Below, piece after piece: positions 35,086 to 46,777 of a stretch of DNA of 64,000 nucleotides. A program made the translations under genes and the position numbers. The notes under the pieces are model-generated. The model was not told the origin of the DNA. It did not search any database and worked only from the letters and a program-made list of their open reading frames with translations. Each line of letters opens with the position of its first letter. Position 1 is the first letter of the stretch. The stretch is from Cyanophora paradoxa CCMP329 (taxonomy: Eukaryota > Plantae > Glaucophyta), in NCBI GenBank assembly GCA_004431415.1, contig QPMI01000436.1, positions 496,001-560,000 on the forward strand, given 5' to 3'.

Positions 35086-38000
35086 CTAGTCGTCGTCGGA
35101 CTCCGGGTCGGCGACGAGGGCGTCGATACCCGGGATGTCCTCCAGGTACCGCCGCGAGGCCGCTGCGGGGGGCGCGCGGGGCGGGGCGGGGCGGGTGAGG
35201 GCCGGGCCGGAGCCGGGAAAGAAGCCGGGCGGGCCGGATCCAGCTCCCGCCGGACGCCGGACGCGACGGCGAGGGGCGGGGCGGGGCGGGGCCGGGGCGC
35301 ACGGTGGGCGGAGAGGAGGCGGAGGGTGGCGAGGAGGGCGGCCTGCAGGGGCGAGCGCGGCGCCGCGTGCCGCAGCGCGTCCGCCACCGCCTTGTGCGCC
35401 AGCCGCCGGCACATCGCCTCCCGCGTCCGCGCTGCACGGCGGGCCAAGTCAAGCCAAGCCAAGCCAGGCTGAGCTAAAGCCAGGCTGAGCTAACTAGGCT
35501 AGGACAAGCCAAGCTGAGCGTAGCAAAGCTGGGGGCGGGCCGCGGCGCACTGGGGATGGCGAGGTGGGCGAGGAGGTCGGCCGCCTGCGCAGCGATGCGC
35601 GCCGTCGTCGCCGCCGCCGCCGCCTGCGCCGCCGCCCGCTGCCGCGCCAGCGCCTGGCCCGAGGCCGGCGACGGCGAGCGCTGGTGCTGCTGCTGCTGCT
35701 GGTGCGGCGAGGCCGACGCCGGCGTCGCGAGCGAGGCGAAGGGGATCGTTCCCCCCGCGACGGCCGCCGAGGCGGCGGAGAGGAGGCCGCAGACGGCGGG
35801 CACGGCGTCCTTGGCGGCGATGGGCTCCCGGAACACCGGCCGCCTCGCGAGGTTCATGAGCAGCGAGAGGGCCGTCGCCCGCACGGCCTCCGTGCGCGGC
35901 GGCTCGGCCCGCAGCACCTCCACCACCGCCCCCACCGCCGCCGCCCCCTCCGCCAGGAGCGCCTCGTCGTACGGCTGCTCGCGCGGGGTGAGAAGGGGGG
36001 GGAGAGAACGCGGGGGGTACGGGTACGTGCCTCGCGGTCGGGGAGGCGGAGGGCGCGGGCGCTGTGGAGGCTGCCCTCGCTGTCGCTCTCGGGGATGGGG
36101 CGGCCCCGGGAGGAGCGGGAGAGGCGGGAGCCGGCGAGGACGCGGGCGGCGGCGGCCGCGTCGGCCTCGGAGCCGCCGCCCTCCAGGATCTCTTCGGCGA
36201 AGAGCGGCGCGATGAACGTCATCTCCTCGTCCTCTGCGGGGCGGAGAGCGGGCGAGTGGGGGGCCGTCAGAGCGCAGCGCAGCGGAGCGAGCAGAGCGAT
36301 GCAGAGCAGAGAGCGGGGTAAAGTTTAAGATTAGATGTACGGCGTTTCTCTTAGGTTCAAAGTGGAGTGGAGTCTTCTCTTAGGTTCGAGTTGAAGGGGC
36401 GCGCGCACGGCGGGTGAGGCGCTCGAGGACGCGGAGGGCGAGGGCCTGCACGTCGGCGGCCGCCCGCACGCCCGCCAGCGCAACGACCCGCGGCAGCAGG
36501 TCCCCCTCGCACAGGTGCGCCCGGCACTCCGCTGCATAGAAAGTTAGAGGAGGGCGGGGTGGGGTGGGGGGTACGGGCGCGAATGGGGCGCACGGTCGGC
36601 GGCGATCTCGATGAGGGTCGAGAGGGCGGCCGCGGCCACGGGGCCCGCGCGCGTCTGCGGGCGGGGTACGTACGGCTCAGAGGAGGGAAGGGGACGAAGC
36701 GCGGGAGGGGTACGGGCGCGCGTGCTCGGCGGCGGCGACGAGGACCGGTATGAGGCCGGCGTCGCGCATGACGGCGCGGCAGTCCGCTGCGCCCCGGGCT
36801 CGCTCGAAGGGCGGGGCGGGGCGGGGCGGGGCGGGGCGGGCGCACGGGTCGGGGAGAGGAGGAGGGCAGTGGCCGACGCCGGCGTCGCCAGCTGCGCCCG
36901 CCCCGCTAAGGAGGGGGGGGGATACGTGGCGGGAGGGGGGGGTACGGGCGCACGGCGACGTCGCGGGGGTTGGCGAGGACGTCGCGGACCGCCTCGACGG
37001 CCCCCGCCCGCAGCAGCGGCTCGTGCGCCCTGAGAGGAGGAGCGCCTCAGCGGAGGGGGAAGAGCGGAAGCGGAAGGAAAGAAAGACACGGCATCTCGAG
37101 CGAGTGTCTCGAGCATTTAAATCCTAAGCTACTTGGAAGTGTCTCGGAGTCTCAGGCGGCTCGGCGGGGCGCACTCGGTGGGCCCGCCGGCGAGGGCCTG
37201 GAGCGCTGCGAGGCACTTGGTGCGGAGGAGGGCGCCGCGGGCCCGCGGCGAGTCGACGACGGCCACCAGCGGGCCCGCCACCTCCTCGCCCACCTTCCGC
37301 CGCATCTCCGCTGCCCGCGGGGTCGGCCGCGTACGAGGGCGGGGCCTCCGAAGATAGATTTGGGCGCACGGGACTTGGCGAGGTGCGCGACGACGTTCGC
37401 CGCGTGCTGCTCCGCCAGTCAGTCAGCGCGCCTCGCTGGGAGGACGAGGAGGGGGCGGGGGGCGAGGGGCCGGGCCTGGGCGAGGTGCTCGTTCGGGGAG
37501 GCGATGGCGGCGGGGAGCGCCGGCAGGCACGAGAGCACCTCCGCCCGCTGCGAATCTACAAAAGGGGGGGGGTACGGGTCGCCCTGGAGGGGGGTACGGG
37601 CCGCGCTGGAGGGGGGGGGGTACGAAGCGGACCGTCGTTGGCGAGGACGGCGAGGAGGGCGAGCGAGCCGGCCCGGCAAGCCTCGGACGTCGTACCCCCG
37701 AGGGCCTGCCCCCCATGGCGCCCGGCGGCCTCAGCGGCCCCGGCTCCGGCTCCGGCCCCGGCCCCGGCTCCGGCCACGGACCTGCAGGACGGCCTCGGTG
37801 GCCTTGGCCTCCACCAGCGCCAGCTGCGCCCCGGCTGCACCGGCGGCGCTCAGGGGGGGTACCGGTGCGGGCGGGGCGGGGGGTACCGGGGCGGGAGATG
37901 GCGAGCGCCGCGAGATCCTGGATCGCCTGCGGGGAGGGTGAGAGGTGAGGGGCGCCCGGGCGGGGGGGTACGGGCCTGCTCGACGTCGAGGGGCCGCGGG

Positions 38001-39132
38001 GAGGCGAGGCGGGGCACGAGGGCGCGCGCGTAGGCCACGTTCTCCGCGTGCTGCGCCCCCTTCCCGGGCTCCGGCGTCTCTGCGCCCCCGCGAGGCGCTC
38101 AGAGGCGCGCGGGGCGCGGCGGGGGGCGGGGACCATGAACAAGTGTCTAGCTTAGAATCCATCCTTTCATCCTTTAGAGAATCCCCCGTAGAAATATCGC
38201 GCACTGAGGACGCGCTTGAGCTCAGCGGCCATGGCGGCGCGCAGGCCGTCGTACTCGGGGCCCTCCGGCGCCTCCTCCGGCGGCCGCGGCGGCAGCAGGC
38301 AGTCGAAGCGCTGGGGGGCGGCGGGTCGGGCGGGGGTGGTTGGGGGAGGGGGGTACGGGGATGCGGGCACCTTCTCGAGGCGGAGCCACTTCATCGAGTC
38401 GGGGAAGTCCAGCGTCGTGAGCTTCACCTGAGCGCCGGGGGGTACAGCGTGAGATGGGGAGGAGGGGGGTACGAGCGCGGGGACGGGACGGGAGGGGTTC
38501 ACGGTCATGACGACGATGCGCTTGGAGGGGTCGTGCGGCCGCTCAACTGCGCCGGGGTACCGGTGAGAAGGGAAGGGGGGGGGGGGAAGCGGGGCGGGGC
38601 GGGCCCTGGTCGGAGAGGAGCTGGACCTCGTCGGCGGCGGCGCGCGAGTTGCAGTACTCGCGGCTCATCACGCACACCGCCACCTTGCACTTCGAGATCG
38701 CCGCCCTGCGCGCCACCGAGCCCCGCGGGGCTGGGCGTGGGCCGCGGCCGCGGCGAGCGCCGGGAGCGGTGGCGGGGTGGCGTACACGATGACGGTCTTC
38801 GCCGCCGCGTCTGTTTTTGTCTTCCTCGTGTGCTTGCGCCGGTCTGGCGCGAAGGGCGGGCGAGGCGCGGAGCGTCAGCGGCGGGGAGCGCACGCTGCAG
38901 GCGAAGCGCACCCCATATCACGTCGCCGAGCTGCATGCGAAGGTCTGCGACGAGCTGCTGCACGAATATCTCGTCCTCGGGCACGTAGCTGCGCAGACCG
39001 TTTCAGCGGGTCGTGCCGTGCGGCAAGGAGCTGCGGGGGGCGCAGTTCGACCAGACAGGCCGTCGGGAATCACCTGAAGAACACCGGCTTGCCCGGTGTC
39101 GTCACCATCAGCGAGAGCGTCCCCGAGTCCAT
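35086..39132 (-). CDS. TIR-domain (TIR_2-like) plus armadillo-repeat protein
   Basis: Spliced N-terminus KPVFFS|YVPEDEIFVQQLVADLRMQLGDVIW|DRRK...AAISKCKVAVCVMSREYCNSRAAADEV...KRIVVM. ARM-like units follow: LVEAKATEAVLQV, LLRAGAVEAV, MRDAGLIPVLV, TALSLLMNLARRPVFREPIAAKDAVPAVCGLL. Confidence 0.8.
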
Positions 39133-39392
39133 CTTGCCGGCTGCCGCGCGCCTCGCTTGGGGCGAGCTAAGCGCCGCAGCGCGTTTTGTGGGATCTCAGA
39201 GGTCTGTAGCTAACGTGGACACCACAAGCCTGCCCGCCAGGCGACTGTAGCTCCTGCAGTCCAAGTGCTTTCGCCGCAGCGGTTAGTGTTCCGAAAAAAA
39301 GCATGCAGCGCAGCTAGCGCCCGCCTGGCGGCGTGCGGGACGGTGCGGCGCCCAGAGACAGGTTTTAAGTACCGAGACACGGCATCGGAGCC

Positions 39393-41328
39393 ATGCTGGG
39401 CGGCTTCCTGGTGCTGTCCTCCCGGACGGGCCTCGTCCTGCAGTCGCAGATGTACGCGCCGGGCTTCGGACTCCCCGGCTCGAAGCAGGACGGTGGCGAG
39501 GAAGGTCAGAGCGCCCGCTGCCCCGCCGCCGACCGCAGCTGACGCCCGTTGCAGCGGTCGGCAACGCGGACGAGATGAACGTCGGCAGCCTGCTCTACGC
39601 CATCGTAATGAACGCGAGGAGCCTGGTGGATGAGGACCAGCCCGGCAGCTCGAAGCAGCACGAGGCGCGCGCGCCGGAATCGCGCCCGCAGCGCGCGCCC
39701 CGCATGTAGCTGACCCGCCGGCGGCCGGCAGGACGCCGGGGCGGGGATCACGCTGCTCTGCGTGGGGGATATGGACGTGCACTTCGCTATGCACAGGACG
39801 CAGCCGGCGATCTGCGTGACCTTCGTCAACAACTGCTTCGGGCAGGAGCGCGGCGCGGAGCTCGCGCGCACCATCCTCGACCGGCGCGCCGCCGCCCGCC
39901 CGGCCCCGCCTCCCGCCCCGCCCCGCTCCGCGCCACCGGCGAGCTAACCGCGCCGCGCCGCGCCGCAGATTCGTTGCCAAGTTCGATTCGCAGCTGACGC
40001 GGCCCGTGCGGCTGAAGGGGTTCACGCCCGTCATGGGCTCCATCCTGACCGAGCTCCCGAAAGCCCTCGCCCACTCGCTCTCCGCCGCCCTCCCCGCCGG
40101 CCGCTCCCTCGGCTGGCTCTTCGTCGTCCACTCCCCCGCCTTCGCCTCCGAATTGGACGGCGCGGGTCCCTCCCCATCCGCCCCCGCCGGCCCCACCCCC
40201 CCGCCCGGCCCCCCCGCCCGCTCCCTCTCCCAGTCCCCCTTCAAGCGCCGCCTGTCCGTCCAGGCCCGCGGCGGCGCCGTACCCTTCCTCCCGCCCAAGC
40301 GCCGCTGGTGGAGCCCGAAGGAGAAGCGGGCCCCGTACTTCGCGATGCTGGGACCCCTCCAGTTCCTCTACGTCCCCGAGGCCGGCCCCTTGCCCGCCCC
40401 CGACGAGCGCGGTCTGGAGGCCCTCGTGACGCTCGTGCACGCCGCCGGGCGCCTCTCCTCCGCACCCTCCTACGGCCCGGTGGGGCCAGGGGGGGACGAG
40501 TGGGGCCCGCGGCCCCCGCAGCGCCTGCGCTGCTTCTCCGTCGTCTATCGGTGCGTTCGGCTCCGCGCCGCTAAGCTTCCCTTCAGCTCTTTGGGCTCTG
40601 ACTCTGCGCGCAGGGGCGCCCTCGCGCCCGGCGTGGCCGGCTCGCGGGCCGACGCGTACGGGGGCGGCCCGCCCTCCCCGGGCCCCGGGCCGGGACCCGC
40701 TCCCGCCCCCGTCCCGCAGCCTGAAGCGGGGGCGCCGGCCGCGCGCCCCCCGACTGCGGAGCGCGGGCGTTCCCGGTTCCCCAGCATCCCCGGGGCCTCC
40801 GAGGCGCCTCAGCCGCCCCCCGCGCCCACGGCGACGGCTCCTCGACCGTGCGGGGCGCCTCGCCTGTCGGGCCCCGCGGCGAGCCGCCCCGCCCCCGCCC
40901 CCGCCGGCCTGCCCCCGCGGCCGCCCTCGCAGCAGCGGCCGCCGGACGGGGCGGGCCTCCAGCCCCGGGGCCTCTTCGGCTTCCTTCGGGGCCGGCCTAT
41001 GCCCCGCTCGCTCTCCGCCGGCCCCGCCCTCGCCGGCGGCGGATCCCGCCCGCCGGGCAGCGGCGGGACCGTGGCGCCCAGCCCGCGGCCGTCGGCGGCG
41101 GGCGTGGGCGCGGGGAGCACGCGGCTCGTCGCGTGGCGGGCGGGCGATCTCCTCGTCGCCGCCGCGATGCGCGAAGGCCCGGGATCAAATTCGAATCGAA
41201 ATTCGAATTCGCTGGGCCTGGGACTGGAGGGCCTGACGGCGGCGGTGGAGAGCGACGTGCACCGCCTGCGCCTCCTCTTCGCGCTCCTCGCCTCGCGGTC
41301 CCTCCGCACCGCCCAGCACGTCTCCTAG
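39393..41328 (+). CDS. Longin-fold-like protein with a long Pro-rich insert
   Basis: MLGGFLVLSSRTGLVL...VGSLLYAI...VHFAMHRTQPAICVTFV...GAELARTILD|RFVAKF follows the beta-beta-alpha-beta-beta-beta-alpha pattern of longin domains. The exact family is not determinable. Confidence 0.55.
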
Positions 41329-41541
41329 CATCTATAAGTAGCTATCTAGCTAGAGCAGCGTTCGAGTAGAGCCTATTATCATTCAAACTACAGGCGAATC
41401 GACATCGAAGCATGCATGCAAGCCAGAACTCAGGACAGCATTTACAGCGGGGCCGGGGCGCGAATCGGATCGGATCGGGTCGAAGGGAGGAAGGGCGGAT
41501 TAGAGAGGGTAGGAGCAGGGGGCGGGGAGTAGGAGGCCCGA

Positions 41542-42355
41542 TCACTGAAGGCTCGCGGAGCCAGAGCCAACCGGCCCGTCCGTGTCGACCTTCGCAGCCC
41601 CCGCGGCTGCCGCCCGCGCGACGGCGGCGACGACGGAGGGGACGGAGGCGAGCGGGTCCCGCCCGTCCCCGGCGCCCGCCGTGAACCTCGTCGACGGCTG
41701 CGCGTGCGGCTGCGGCTGCGGCTGCGTCTCGCGCACGATCCTGTAGCTCGCGTCGCCTACTGTGAAGATTCGCTCGCCGCCCGTCAGCTTCTGCGGCCGC
41801 GCCGTGAGCGGAGGCGCGGCGGGCCCATCGGGAGCGCGCAGGGCGCACGGAGACCACAAAGTCAGCGGCGGCGCCGCCCAGGGCCCGCCAGTCAGGGTCC
41901 TGCTCTGGGGACCACGAGAAGAGCGGGATGCCGACGCCCACGCCCAGATCTATGCCGAGGACCCTGCGCGCGGCGCGAGGCGGGCGGTGAGGCGCGGGAA
42001 AAGGAGGAGACGCCCGCAATGCATGCACGCTCACACGCCGAGCCGGACGCCGCAGCCGAAGCCGACGCATCTTTGGAACGGATCCATGCCGATGCCGCCT
42101 ACGGAGCGGTCGGGTGTCAGCGAGCGAACGCCGCCGCTAAGCAAGCGAGCGGTCTAAGCACGACGCACATTTCAGGCCAGTGCCCCCGGGGCCATCGATG
42201 CCGCCGCCGATGCCGAGACCCGCGCCCACGCTGAGAGACAGTCAGGCGGCGATCCGAGCCAGGGCGCGCCTGAGGATGCGAAGCTGGTCGCGCGCCAGCG
42301 CTCACCCGAGCTCGAATTGCCGCCCGAAGAGGTTAATGCGCCCGAGGCTGCGCAT
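41542..42355 (-). CDS. Small Gly-rich (GxGxG) protein
   Basis: Spliced: MRSLGRINLFGRQFELG|VGAGLGIGGGIDGPGGTGLK|CGIGMDPFQRCVGFGCGVRLG|..VLGIDLGVGVGIPLF. Canonical introns keep the frame. Confidence 0.6.
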
Positions 42356-43004
42356 GAATCAATCAGAGCGCGCTGCGAGGCGCTGCTTGGCCGCTACTTG
42401 GCCGCGCATACCTTCCCGGCCGCTTGGGCGCCGGCTGCTCCTCGGACATCGCCCGGACGCGCGGTTGGACGTTCTTAGGGGGGTACGCGTCCGTCCTGCC
42501 GAACCTTGAGATGCTTCGAATTCGAATTCGAACTCCGAGATCGATCGAATTCTAGATCTGCGCATGCATGCATATGCATGCGCGCGCAGCTGCGCGCCGC
42601 GGCGCGCATCAGGCTGCTACAGCTGCGCGGTTCGACGGGCGGGCGGGGCCCGGGCGACCCCGGCCCATGGCCATATGCATGGCCAGGCCGGCTCGAGCCT
42701 GGAGCTCCGCGCCAGCGGCCGCGGCCGGCGCGCCGCGGCGGCTCACGTGGGGGTGCCGGCGGACTCCGGTCCGGCCGCGGGACCGGATCCCGGATCGGGG
42801 GCGCGGCGAGTGGCGGCGCCGGCGCCGGCGCGGCTCGCTTGATGGCCGGCACCATGAGGCAGGGGCCGGGGCGGGGGCAGGCAGCGGGCAGGGCGAAGGC
42901 GCGGCGGGTTGTCGGCGGCGGCACGTATACCTTCACACGACAGTAAAGGATCTTGCACACGCAAAGCTTCGAGACGAGCAGAGGGCGGGGTCAAGTCGAA
43001 GTAG

Positions 43005-44431
43005 CTAGAATCGGAGGGAGAGGTCGTGGTTGTCGTTGTAGCCCTCCACGAACTTGTCGAAGCGTGCGCGCCGGAACCACTTGCGGACCCGCCGATCCCG
43101 CGTCCGGGTACCCGTACTCGTCGAGCAGCTGCGGAACGTTCAGCGGGGGCGGGGGGTACAGCGTTGAAGATTTGGGAGGGGTACCGCGTTGAAGTATTCC
43201 CACAAGCACCAGACGTGGTCGGCAGTGAGCGGCACCCCGTCGGTCCTGAGAAGGCATCAGAATGCAAAAGGTAAAGTCTAAAGAGCATCGGCAGCGACCT
43301 GTAAACGAAGCTGTCGCCGATGTTGCTCTGCCACCGGTCCGGCGCCAGGCCAGAGTCCAGCTCGACCATGAGGTACGTCGTTATCTGCTCCCCGTTCGGA
43401 TTCCGCTCTAGATTTGATCTCATCTGAGCATCTGATCTGACCTGGTTATCGAGCCTCTTGGTCCGCGGCAGGTGCGAGTGGTCGGCCTCCCTAGCGACGC
43501 GGACGGGGATGCCCAGCACGTTCAGGACGGGCGACGGCTCGCCCCGCTGGAATGTCGGCCCGTTCCGCCTGAGCCGTACGTTCCTCGGCTCGCCCTGGCT
43601 CCCGAACTGGCCCGCCACGATGCGAACCGCCTGCAGGTACTCCTCTGCCGCGACGCCGGCGGGTCCCTGGTGATCCGGCGCTGGTCAGCGCGCGCGCCCG
43701 GCGGTCTGGGGGGCGAGGCGGACGCACCTCTGCTGCTGGCCCGGGACCGGCCGACGTCGAGGCGGCGGCCGCATGGGCGCTCTGCGCGTCGCGCGCTCCT
43801 CAGGCAAGAACCGTGCTGAGCTGCGTAGAAGGGCGCGAAAGCACCTGCGCTGCATGGGGCTCGGCCGGTGGTGTCCCGACCGATCTCTGCGACGCCGACT
43901 TCTGCACTCGTGCGCGTAATTATAACCTAGGGGAGAATGCCCACGGTGGGATGCGCTCACTTGCGCTGGACTGTCAGGCTTCTCGTCCAGATGCACGACT
44001 GTGAACAGCGAGAGCAGCTCCCTGGCTCGTTGCTCGATCTCTGCCGCAGTTGGCTCGCTCGCTCGCTCGGAGCTCTGCGTGGAGCGCGACCGCTGTAAAT
44101 GTCAGCAGTGGGCGGCCGCGCGCATGCGCGGTGAAGAAAAGCGCACCCACGTCGGCTTAGGATTGCTCGCCGGCGCCTCTGTCGATGCCTTTTCGCCCAC
44201 CCGCTTGCAGTTCTGCACAGAGGCAGCGCGGTTGCAATTTCGCGTTAGCCGGCGCGGTCGGCCCGCAGGGGCGAGCGCGCGCGTACAAACCGGCTTGTGC
44301 GCGCTCCAATCGGTACGTTGGCAATCCCGCGAACAGTAGTGGCGTGCCTGGCGACCGCCGCAGAGCTTCTCAGTCGGTACGTTGCAGCGGCCGCAGAAGT
44401 GCTGCTCGCCGGCGTCCGTTGTGGAGGCCAT
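43005..44431 (-). CDS. MYND zinc-finger protein with an uncharacterised C-terminal domain; possible frameshift near the 3' end
   Basis: CGRC...LCGGRQARHYCSRDCQRTDWSAHKPVC is a MYND finger. The C-terminal part reads LDNQ|ITTYLMVELDSGLAPDRWQSNIGDSFVYR. Confidence 0.7.
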
Positions 44432-45369
44432 ACTGCGCAAGCTGCCAGAGTGGAGGCGCGCTCAGTTCGTTCGATGGAGTTCGGTCGGGTGTGGTCGCCG
44501 GCCCGTTGAAAGTAGCGCTGCTTTTTCCTCTCGATTGATCGATGACGGCGCCGGCGGCGGGCTTAAGCTTGGGCTGCAGCTCGAAGCGCGCCCAACAAGA
44601 CTTCGACGATACTGTACCCGACTTAGTGCGAGAGTCTTAGCGCCGAGAGACCGCCGAGCGTCCGCCGAGGGAACTAGTACTAGGGGCGAAACGCTGTCGA
44701 CGTCGCCAGCTAGCGCTTTGCTTCCAAACTAGAAACTCTTTTTTCAACTTCGATTCACTTCCACTTCGGCGCGGCCCCGGCGGCGCCGGCGCCCGCCGCG
44801 TACGTCGCTCGGTGGGTCTACGCTCATTCAGCATTTTGCGCCGCCGGGCCGCGGAGGCCAGCGCCTCGAAGTGGCTTAAGGCTTAAGGCTTAAGGCGCTT
44901 CCAAGCTAAGGCTGAGCGCGGGAATCGCCAGAGGAGATCGTAAGCATGTTTTCAGCTTGCGGTGCGCGCGCGCGGTTGCGGGATCGCAGTTGTCGCCGCG
45001 GTTGAAGCAGTTGTCGTCGCAGTTCTCGCGCGGGGCGCCGGCGGCCTTCGTGCTTTCGCGCCAGCGACATCGCTTCTGTCTTCGGCCCCCTCAGCGTTCT
45101 TGGGCGCAGGTGATCTCGCTTTTCCGACTCAGTGATCCTCGCGTGCGAACCTCTTGGCTTTTTAAACCGCTCCCGGCAGCCGGTGTCTTTTTCCTTGGCT
45201 CAGGCATCACTCCAGCCAGCCTTCGACTGTCTGGACGGCCATCGAATGGCCGCCCGCTCGTCCCGCGTCGCTCTACGCACGCAAGCAGATCTAGAGTCGT
45301 CAATCACACACAATCTGAAGGTCAGCCGTTGCTTCTGGGGTCTCGATATCGCTTTACACATGCGCAGCG

Positions 45370-46576
45370 ATGACCTATGCGCGCTTCATCGAGCAAGCCA
45401 TGTCGGATCCTGATAGGCGTCAACAGGCTGAGAAGCTCTCCGTGGTGTGGCTTGCGCCTCGCATAATTGTTCGTCGCTTTAAGTGGGCATACAGGCCATC
45501 GCGCAAGCAGGCGAGTTCGGTCAGAGTCAAGTGCTGGAGGCTGTAAAAGAGCTGAAGAACGGTCAGAGCGATCTGGACAAGAAACTTTGGGTAAGGGTTC
45601 TGTGTCTGGTTGCCGAGAAGAGTCTCTTACCCTGCGGCCAGGCAATCATCATCACTCTGGTCGGATTGTGAGCGTATTCCGCTTTCCGATCTTCACCGTT
45701 TGAGTTCCTAATGCCACGTACAGGCTGCTGAGCACCATCCTGTCACGCAACGGTGCGATTCGTGTTTGTATCTCGAATGCATGCTGTGTGTACCTGAACC
45801 ACAATTCCATCAGGGAACGCTTCGCCCCCTGGCCCCAGCACGGCCCCGCCCGCGGCCGCGGCCTCCCCGCCCGCGGCCTCCTATCCCGCGGCATCCCCGC
45901 CCGCGGCCTCCTATCCCGCGGCCTCTCCGCCCGCGGCCTCCTATCCCGTGGCATCCCCGCCCGCGGCCTCCTATCCCGCGGCCTCTCCGCCCGCGGCCTC
46001 CTATCCCGTGGCATCCCCGCCCGCGGCCTCCTATCCCGCGGCCTCTCCGCCCGCGGCCTCCTATCCCGTGGCATCCCCGCCCGCGGCCTCCTATCCCGCG
46101 GCCTCTCCGCCCGCGGCCTCCTATCCCGTGGCATCCCCGCCCGCGGCCTCCTATCCCGCGGCCTCTCCGCCCGCGGCCTCCTATCCCGTGGCATCCCCGC
46201 CCGCGGCCTCCTATCCCGCGGCCTCTCCGCCCGCGGCCTCCTATCCCGTGGCATCCCCGCCCGCGGCCTCCTATCCGCGGCCTCTCCGCCCGCGGCCTCC
46301 TATCCCGTGGCATCCCCGCCCGCGGCCTCCTATCCCGCGGCCTCTCCGCCCGCGGCCTCCTATCCCGTGGCATCCCCGCCCGCGGCCTCCTATCCCGCGG
46401 CCTCTCCGCCCGCGGCCTCCTATCCCGTGGCATCCCCGCCCGCGGCCTCCTATCCCGCGGCCTCTCCGCCCGCGGCCTCCTATCCCGTGGCATCCCCGCC
46501 CGCGGCCTCCTATCCCGCGGCCTCTCCGTCCGCGGCCGCCGCTACCCCGCCCGCTCAGGCCTCGCCCGTACAGTAG
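45370..46576 (+). CDS. Coiled-coil + single TM protein with an (ASPPAASYP[A/V])n tail; one apparent 1-nt deletion in the repeat
   Basis: Spliced: [25 protein letters not shown]|AIAQAG...[15 protein letters not shown]|AIIITLVGL|LLSTILSRN|[24 protein letters not shown]...ASPVQ*. Further upstream exons from ~44946 may be UTR or coding. Confidence 0.55.
45870..46529 (+). repeat. Minisatellite of ~22 x 30-bp units alternating A/B (60-bp higher-order repeat)
   Basis: cccgcggcctcctatcccgcggcctctccg alternates with cccgcggcctcctatcccgtggcatccccg. Confidence 0.97.
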
Positions 46577-46777
46577 TGGACTCTGGGAAGTCCCATCGTT
46601 CCGCGTGCCTCTGCGTCTATTTGCCCACCCACTAATCTCGAGTCAACTGCATGGTGTCTGAAACTCGCCAGGGACTCATTCAGCGTGTTCTAGTTTCAGC
46701 GAGTGCTAGCTTATGGATTTCCGCGCGAGGTTCAGTCTGGGCCCGATGCACGGTGTCTGGGCCCGGACCCCAATGGC

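Noticed and set aside
45870-46529. 30-bp repeats as a CRISPR array
   Set aside because: There are no unique spacers and no cas genes; it is a head-to-tail coding minisatellite in eukaryotic DNA.
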